A stretch of DNA of 63,832 nucleotides, filler included, from Platydemus manokwari (Eukaryota), in assembly GCA_037951405.1 (NCBI GenBank). It is 6 parts of 6 records of this genome, joined end to end, with 100 filler letters (N's around TTAATTAATTAA, not from the genome) between each part and the next. Parts side by side here need not be neighbours in the genome. Positions count along the whole stretch, not along the records: positions 51,472 to 63,832 come from JBBMOY010172232.1; 5 more parts are not named here. One strand, 5' to 3'. Shown here in pieces: positions 55,313 through 63,832 of the stretch (position 1 is its first letter; each line of letters opens with the position of its first letter). The notes beneath the pieces were generated by a model. The model was not told where the DNA came from. It did no database searches and saw only the letters and a program-made list of their open reading frames with translations. The position numbers were made by a program, and so were the translations under genes.

Positions 55313-58300
55313 AGTGACGTTATATTTGTTTAAATAATTGGTTGGCTGATTAGTGTAGTTTTTTAAATAAATATTATGCCTGCATATCGCTCTCGATAAC
55401 TGACTAGTCACGAGAAAGGGTACTGTGTTACCATGAAGGAACTACTGACTTCCCACGAGTATGTTATTTACTTTAGCCAATACTTGTACGGGAAGAAATT
55501 GGAGACTTAAAAACAACTGCTAATGAAACAAATAAAACTTTAAATGAGGTTATTCAGAATTTTTAATTCTCGATAAATGCAACTCCTGGTAACATAAACT
55601 GTGCAGGTTTTTATATAAATTCAGAAGCGTTTTTAGGAAGAGATGGTAAAGGTATTAATGAAAATTTTCTACAAAGTAAAGTTCCAAAATTTAATTATTA
55701 ATTAATAAGAATTTTTAATTATTAAACATAAAGGGGAAAATCAATTAAATTTAGCTGATAGTTCTCTTATTAAATTAAATAAAAATTTCAATAATTTAAT
55801 ACATGGAAGAATTGATGAAGAAAGACTAAAAAGGGAATGAAGCTTCCCTGTTCAAGATATAGATATATATCCAGATGTTTTAAGGAAAGTAGGAATTTCT
55901 GTTCAACAATTTTTGAAAATTAAATATTTAACGGATCTTAAAGATGTACAAAATAAAAATGAATAAAATGATTCCGTAATTCAAAATAAACTTAAAACAT
56001 CGAGAAAAGGATTAAATAATTATCATTTAAAGTTGTCACCACAGGCAAACCAAATAGAATGTTTTTTATGAATTAAGAATTTTATGAATTAATTAAATTT
56101 TGTTTTATAAAATGGTAGCAAAATTAGATGCAAATTGTTATATAAATTTAAACATGGAATTAACTCATAATTAACTACAGAATCAAATTTACACCAACCC
56201 AAAGATATCATTTTTGAATATCAACAAACTTCAAATCCTATAGATATTTGTAATAAAAAATGCTACTGTTGTAGAATAAGACCATAATATAACTTTAGAA
56301 AATAATTTCTTTCCTAATTTATTTAATTTTGTGAGATTAACATAGGGAACACATAAAATTGAAAATATTGAAAGTGTTGGAGAAATATTTAGAATGTTAA
56401 ATTTAATATTATTAGATCAATCTGATGAAAGAACAGGAGAGTGAATGAATTCCAGATAAAACTAATGAAGATCAAAATAAAGGCAATAGAAGATTTAAAA
56501 GAAGAAATGCCTTTTATAATTTAAAAAAAGAAGTTCACAAGACGATTTCCAATGAAACATATATTTGGATTTTTAGAAAGCTACAACAGACCATTATTTT
56601 TGATGATGATTAAATTAACCTTAAACAGAAATATAAATGATAAGAAAATATTTTACAGAACAAAAGGGGAAGAAAAATTAACTATCAAATCATTGGAAAT
56701 TTGTATTCCTGGATTAACCCTAAATCCAGAGAACGAGCTTGAATTATTGAAAAGAATACTGATGGAATATTATGATATTCTTATGATAATAATAATTCGA
56801 ATCAATAAGATACTCTCAATGATTCAAATCTTATTTTATTGCAGTCAGTCAAAAGCAGATTTATGGATATCCACCTAAAATATAACTATTCTCAGAAATA
56901 AGGTTGTGTTATATATAATGTACATAGATTATAACAAATATGAATAATGAATGATACTTTGATTGATAAGCAATTATACAATATATGATAAACTAAGTTA
57001 AAAGTGGAAGCTTTATACCCTGAAGTAATTAAAATCAGTAGAGGGTCTAGGCACTCCATACTTCGAATAAAAACTTAAGAAATGATTAATCATTTTAGGT
57101 CTACAAACTCTAACGACTTTGTAGATTGCAATTTACTGTTTTCCAACTAATCGCCTGTCGGTGATTGATGAAACAATAACAATGACATGTATGAAAAAAG
57201 GCTTTAAAAGGGTAGAAATTCATCTCGATGCCTATCACAAAGCCCTGGTATTCTTGAAATCGACATGAAAACCGATCAGTTTCCGCTTTCAAACATGGAT
57301 GGCTGCGCTGTCACAATACGATTTCGATTTAAGATACAGAAATGGAGAGAATCATAGCAACGCAGATAGATTGTCTAGAATCAACGAGACACTATGTTCC
57401 CAGTGCAAGACGAGACATAATGAAGCAAAGATGGAAAAGCCGAAAACCAAATATTTAGCCCAAATGCAAATAAAATCAGGGATAATGCAGAAAATACAGG
57501 AAACACAGCATAAAAGATGCAGAAATAGTGGAGACATTCAGATTTCTAAATAGTGTGAACATTAGTTGTGAACATTACCAAAATATACATAATTCATAAT
57601 TATAAGAACTACCTAGTAGTCATTATCGACAGATTCAGCAAGCTGGTGAGCCTCACTGCTACATCTAAGCGAGACGAAAAGACAATCTTCCAGGTCATTT
57701 TGAACTTGTGGGTTTATTGTTTTGGAACGACAGAGAACATTATATCTGATAACAAAAACAATTTGGAAGCAAAGTTATGAGGGAAGCGTGTTTAATGTTG
57801 GGTATCAAACAAGACTTCATCTCACCATGCCTGCATCAATTCAACGGGCTAGTGGAAAGAGCTATGTAAGAGCCATGAGAAAAATTGGGCTGAATTGTTG
57901 CAAGCATATAATTCTGCATCAACGCAACAGATCAATTAACAACGAGGTTCTCGCCTTTCGAGATCATCTACGAGCGGAAGATCAATGTTCATACAGATGT
58001 GAGTCACAAGAACCAAGCTCAAAATGATATTGCAGCAGCAGCTTGAGAAAACCGATACAGGGGGAAAAGAACACATCAAGTTTTTCAGGTGGGAGAGAAG
58101 TTCTAGTTCGAGTAGATCCCCATAAGAGGAAGAAGAATAGATGCCAGTACGAAGACCCCTACCGAATCACCGTTTTAAAGTCAGACAGACAAATGGCCAT
58201 AAAATACAGACAAGTAAGGTGACTGGAACGATGGAGCAGGCTTTAAGAGGAGGCCAGTGGAGTGCTTAAATAAACAAACAAGTTGTATTTGTTTAAATAA

Positions 58301-58365
58301 TTGATTGGTGGATTAGCGTAGTTCTTCAAATAAATATTATGCCTGAAAGTGCTGATGGCGTAACT
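55313..58365 (+). mobile_element. Internally deleted Ty3/gypsy element inserted into pPolB
   Basis: LTRs 55313-55401 and 58256-58365 (AGT...TAACT), ATATA target duplication (55308-55312 and 58366-58370), PPT taagaggagg, RNase H end (LSQYDFDLRYRNGENHSNAD) and integrase pieces (VIIDRFSK). Confidence 0.85.
56110..56770 (+). pseudogene. Polinton double-jelly-roll major capsid protein fragment
   Basis: TESNLHQPKDIIFE...ITLENNFFPNLF...KIENIESVG...PMKHIFGFLESYNR...KLTLNRN...KLTIKSLEICIP resembles the Maverick MCP N-terminal jelly roll. Confidence 0.7.
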
Positions 58366-60620
58366 ATATAATTAATTCTAAATGATTCAATAGCATCTGC
58401 TAGAATATTAACATCCTATTTTAAGTTTATATATGTGTAATCCCATAATGTTTTACAATTGAATTTAGTCTAGATATCTTGAGCTCTTTTATACTCTTCT
58501 TCTGTTATTCAACTTAAATTTAATTTTGACTAAAAACATTCTATTGGTGGTAATATAGTTTCATTTAATATTTCAAATGAAGTTCTAAAATCATATGGAT
58601 AGATTCCTTTTTCTTTCATAACAGTATAATTTGAAGAAAACTCTTTTTCAATTCTATAAAATCTTCATCTGTCATTGATTTACTTATTTTATCTAAAGAG
58701 TTATGAAATATTCTAAGTGAATATGTAATCTAATACACTTATAATTAAACGAAATATAAATTTCTTCTGTTAATGATTATATTTTTTAATTTTTCTCAGA
58801 CTTTATTGCAAGTTCATTTATCACTAGATGAAAATCATATTTAGATCCATTATGAAAATATAATGAAAAATCTTTTGGCTGTCTTGCTAATGAATTACAT
58901 TCTACACATGCGGCTCCTCTATAATTGTTTTCTTTAAATAATGATCAAGATCCTTAACTTTAAATACTTGGCCAATTGTTACTCTTGAATCATGCAATGC
59001 GGAAAAAAGTTGGATCATTAATATTTATTTCTTTAAATTCCTTTTTACAATAAATACAATTAGTAGAATTATTATAATTTATTATGTCTTGTTCTTTCAT
59101 ATTAATCTCAAATTTTGTTTTTACTTTTGATCCAAATCTTTTTTCATTTTCCACAATCCATTCAATACATTCTTTAATACAATTCTCTCCTTGAAATAAT
59201 TTGCCTTTTTTCTATTAGATCAGGATATCTTAAAATTAATTTTAAATGTACATAAGAAGGAATTTGATTACTTAAGACTTTTGTTGCTTTACCTCTTTGT
59301 TCTTTTTATTGAAATATTTACACATTCTATATTAGCAACACTTATAAAAGAAACTTAAATTTGATGTTTATAATTTTTAAATTTTAAAATATTTCCAGTA
59401 TCTTTCTTACTTAACATAATTATTTTTGTTATTTCTTATACTTATACTTATAATATCTTTCATATATACCTTGTAAGCAACAGACAATAACACTAATAAT
59501 AGAAATACATATACTGGTATCCCTTTTACTAATGTACAAGCAGTAATTTTCTGTTACTGTGTGTTAGACATATTGGCTATGTGACATCCATATAGAAGTA
59601 GAAATATTATCTTTCTTAATTGACATTAGTACTTTTGCTATTTTTACCATCTTTACCACATATTTGTTGATGTTCATACAAAGTATAAACAATATTTTTC
59701 ACAAATATTTAATCTTTCATTTATCTTTATTTATAATTTAATTCACCACTAATAAATCGATTGAAATTTTTATTGATTTCATAATGAGATACTCTGTTAT
59801 TTTCTAAATATGAAAGTTTAATATCTCGAATATACCCTTCTTTCTTTGAAATATAGATTGGAAATAACTTTTAGTCTTTGATTTCTCTTACCTTTAATTT
59901 TATAAACATTTATTTTAAAATTTTTGTTCGTCTTAAATTTTTAAATCTGTTTAATTTCCGTCTATATTTAATGTCTTTAAATTTTTTATATGATGACCTA
60001 GTCTATTTGGATCTCTATGGATTGATATAAGTGAGCTAATATTGAATATGTGAAAAATTTTCTGTCATAGTTTTCTACATTTACTATGTCAATCCTTCTA
60101 AAAGGTAAAGGTATATAATTACTTCCCGATAACACATTTATCTTTGAAATGCTTATTTTTATGTTTCTCAATTCAATATATTCCAACCAATACATTTTAC
60201 TTTAATAAATCATCATCTAATTTCTGAGGAAAACTTTGATTGATTCTAACAATTTATCTTCATTAAATTGACCTTCTCCTATTTGTATTGTTTGATCTGA
60301 ACTTAATGCTATTGGAATATAATCATATTCATTTGTATTGTGATTTATATTTTGCAGAATAATCGTAAAATTTATTTGAGATTTAATATTTGAGTTTTTA
60401 TTTAAGAATTTTAAAATTTCAAGAGATTCTTCTTTAATATGGAAAATTATATTTTCAGTTGATTGAGATATTTTATTAATCTTATGGATTTTGTAAATAT
60501 CTTTCAGAATGTCATTTCTATTATCAAGTAAAGTTATTTCATTGTTAGTAGAACTTTGTTCATTAAGTTTTGCTATATGTTTATTGGATATTTCGTGGGA
60601 TCATAGAGCCTGGATGGTTT
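58366..60620 (-). pseudogene. Polinton pPolB copy 2, N-terminal part
   Basis: SGSNYIPLP...VNVENYDRKFF-x-YSILAHLY, NYRGAACVEC, FHNGSKYDFHL, KGIYPYDF, LPPIECF and DVNILADAIESFR. An apparent unrelated insert lies at about 59400-59680. Confidence 0.9.
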
Positions 60621-61233
60621 TAAACGAGATTTCACAAATTTGGTTATTTCGTTCATTTACAAGATTTATTTTTATAAGGTTTTGATTTTATGGTTTTTTA
60701 GTTTTTCTAATTTTCTAGTTTTTAAAAAAATGTGTTTTATTCAATATGATACCATAAGTAGTAAGTAGGACCAAACCTTGAGCCTGATCCTCAAATACGA
60801 GCTCTGATTCTACTTACTACTTACAAAATTCTACAGAATTGCTGCATCGATGAATTACTTGTTAGAATTATCAATATGTACGATTGTCAATTCTCACAAA
60901 AATTACAATAATCAAAGAGTTCGATATTTTACAATATGATCAATATTAATTATGAAACCTCCAAAATTTGAAATAAAAATTAAACAATTGTGCGCTTCTT
61001 GGAAATAGCTGCAACTTTCTCTTCTTAATATACGTAGAGGAAATTAAACTTCAATCAAGATATTTTTCATTATAAAAATAATTTTATAATAATTTATTCA
61101 ACTTTTATAACTTTAAAAATAAATTAAAGATATAAATAAATAAATAAAATAATGGTGTATTGAAATTATTCAGATTTTAAAGATACTAAAAGCACAAATT
61201 TGATAAATATACTTAAATAAATGAATGATTTAC

Positions 61234-62850
61234 CTTTATTTCATTATCATTAACATTTATCTCGGCATATATTTCATAACAAGCATCAATATAATTGAAT
61301 AGTTTCACTGGTAAGCTCAATTGTTCATCCAATTTCATTGAATATGGAACATAGATATCCGTAAAAAATGGTAAAATGACTTTTAATGTTTGTGATGGAG
61401 CAATCCAAATGCCTTTTTCTGTCATACAATAAGCATCAGCTTTCCATGTTGTCATGGAATCTGGAACAGTGAGATTGATGAATTTAGTTGTTTTAGTAAA
61501 ATATGAAAATAGCCATGATTCAGGAAAATATTCTCTGATTTGTTTTTTCAGTTCAGATTTTACTTTAGGTTCTTTAAAGATTTTCCTTTCCATAAGTAAA
61601 CCCTTAATCATATCATCGTCATTTTCTAAACTATAATCTAAAGTATAAGGTCTTCTATAGTATTGGCACACAGAATTTATAACTCTCGCATTTGTTATTG
61701 ATGCAAATCCGGAGTTAGCGAAAGCTTTACTACTGTCAAATCCATTTCCAAATCGATGCCGAAAAATTCGCGTCTTATTTTGCACAGGAATACATAAAGA
61801 TTCATTACTCATGATATGTCTTGAATCGACGGTAATTTTATGATTTAATTCAATAAGTTTTCTTATCAAATATTGTAAATCAACGTTACTGGATTTTCCA
61901 AATTGAGATAGAGCTATATCACTGATTCGAACGGCACATGAAGTATTTTTCATTCCAGAATCCATTTCTAATACAACTTTGGATTTCGGAACTGATGTTT
62001 TCTTATTAAATGAAAACTTTCCACCACCAACATGAGAACAATTCGATAGACCATCAGATATTTCAATTGAATCAGCTACAACTTCTTGATTAGAATTAAT
62101 AAAATACACAACAATATGTACATCAGGTCCCATATGTTTCGATAAAGGGATTTCAATTATTCGTTCAAATATGCTTAGCTTTTCGTATTTTTTTACAATA
62201 TTTGGTTTTTTATTTGAAACAGTGCCAATTGGCTCATTTCTGGAATAATACAACTTTAGACCCCTTTTGGAACAATCCCAATTTGTCCATCCAAAATAAC
62301 ATTGGCAATCGTTTCCATATTTACAGTATCCATGTTTACAATAATAAGGTTTGATGCATTTGTCACAACTATTCCCTTTCCATCCTATTTTGCAAATACA
62401 TCTATTTGGTTCAACACAAGCTCCATTTACACAATCATCATCACAAATTGGTTCTCGACAATTATTACCTTTCCATCCAGATTTACAAACAATTGAATGA
62501 TCATCTCTACAAATATAATGACCTAAGAAGTCATCTCGAGACTCACATTTAGTCGGAACTGAAGGAACTCTAAGCATAGTAATGATTTGACCACGAGAAA
62601 ATATTTGTGTATATAAATCGATTGTTGATATATCATAGTTGGTTAAAATGGATAAATTAATTTGACCTGGACATCGAATGGATTCAGTAATTGGTTGAAT
62701 CTGAAGATAATGCTTATCTACTGAATTCCAATTTGATAAAGTTTGATAATTGGTTGGATCAGCCATGTGATTATTGAGATTACCTAAAAAATAATAATTA
62801 AATTCTAAAGCATTAGAGTTTACTATTAAATTTGAAGATAATCTTATCAA
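61234..62850 (-). CDS. Alpha-2-macroglobulin/TEP/CD109-family exon with an inserted DSL-EGF-EGF module
   Basis: A2M motifs SRGQI, VVYFI...EVVADSI, IREYFPESWLF, VPDSMTTWKADAYC and PFF...PYS. The Cys-rich insert CESRDDFLGHYIC...GWKGNNC...GWTNWDC is in frame. Donor AAG|GTAAAT at 61233; 5' boundary uncertain. Confidence 0.9.
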
Positions 62851-62903
62851 TGTATATTATCAAATTTCAGTCAAATTAAGATCATTTATTTCAGTAATAC
62901 ATA

Positions 62904-63832
62904 AGTTACATCACTGACACTTGTAGACATAATGTTTATTTAAAAACTGAACTAATCCGCCAATCAACTATTTAAACAAATACAACGTGTTTGTTTATTT
63001 AAGCACTTTACTCGTCTCCTCTTAAGTATTGCTCTATCGTTCCAGCCACCCTACTTGTCTGTATTTTATGACATGAGAGAATTGAATCTCCATTTGTCTG
63101 TCTGACTTGAATACGGTAATTCGATACGGACCTTTGTACTAGTATCCATTCTTCTTCCTCTCTTTTTGCTAGCCGGTTCGATTGATGCTGGTATGGTGAG
63201 CTGAATTCATGTTTGATACCTAATTTTGAACACGCCTATCACATTAATTTGCCTCCAAATTGTTTCCCGTTTTCTGATAAAATGCTCTTTGGTTTTCCAA
63301 AACGATAAATCCACGAGTTTAAGATGTCCTAGAAGATTGTCTTTTTCGTCCTGCTTAGATGTAGCAGTGAGGCTGACCAGCTTGCTGAATCTGTCGATAA
63401 TGACTACTAGGTACTAATTGTAACTATGCATCATGTATATTTGTGCAATATTCACTACGATTTGCTCATGAAACTCAGAGGCTAACCGAGGGAACAGAAA
63501 CTCCTTAGTTCTGAATTGATCAATCTTTCTCTTTGCACATATAATACATTCTTTCAGGATCTTTTTGATGGTGTTGAACATGTAGGGCCAATAAAAACTG
63601 TCGTCCAAATATGAAAAGGTTTTCTTCGAGTCTAAGTGGCAGAGTTCCTTGTGAATTTTCTTGACAAAATGAGCGGCAAACTTTTTTGGTATTATAGCAG
63701 CGAACCCCTCATCTTTCTCTAGCATCAGCGTATTGTTGACCACCATTAGTTTATCTTTATTAGGCTGAGTCAAAAGTTATTCATGTTTTTTAGTTGTTTA
63801 AAGTTTTTGTTTTACCAAATCATTTAAACATA
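62904..63832 (-). mobile_element. 3' end of a Ty3/gypsy element (same family as 55313-58365)
   Basis: H2C2 integrase (HKELCH...YWP...CIIC), rve remnants, PPT, and a 109-bp LTR at 62904-63012 that aligns with 58256-58365. Confidence 0.9.

Noticed and set aside
61454-62496. Plus-strand ORFs 61454-61636 and 62302-62496
   Set aside because: Antisense shadows of the A2M exon. The same applies to the short ORFs opposite gypsy pol and env.

Overview
Very AT-rich eukaryotic DNA made of six contigs joined by artificial 100-bp N-TTAATTAATTAA-N spacers, so adjacency across spacers is unverified. The short GT-AG introns and TE content suggest an invertebrate such as a planarian (inference only). Host genes: a five-exon 5' part of extended synaptotagmin; a large alpha-2-macroglobulin/TEP exon with an in-frame Notch-ligand-like DSL-EGF-EGF module inserted; three tandem, paralogous phase-1/1 Ig-like exons; and an ankyrin-like ORF. 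The rest is largely decayed mobile and viral DNA: Polinton/Maverick remnants (integrase, two pPolB copies, cysteine protease, fibre-like ORF, major capsid), several Ty3/gypsy elements with about 100-bp AGT...ACT LTRs, a TG...CA solo LTR, Tc1/mariner, pogo and hAT scraps, and a CRESS-type SF3 helicase. Three fragments of a chuvirus-like (class III fusion) glycoprotein are also present, one lying downstream of a gypsy-like gag with no recognisable pol. All homology calls come from motif recognition by eye, not database searches.
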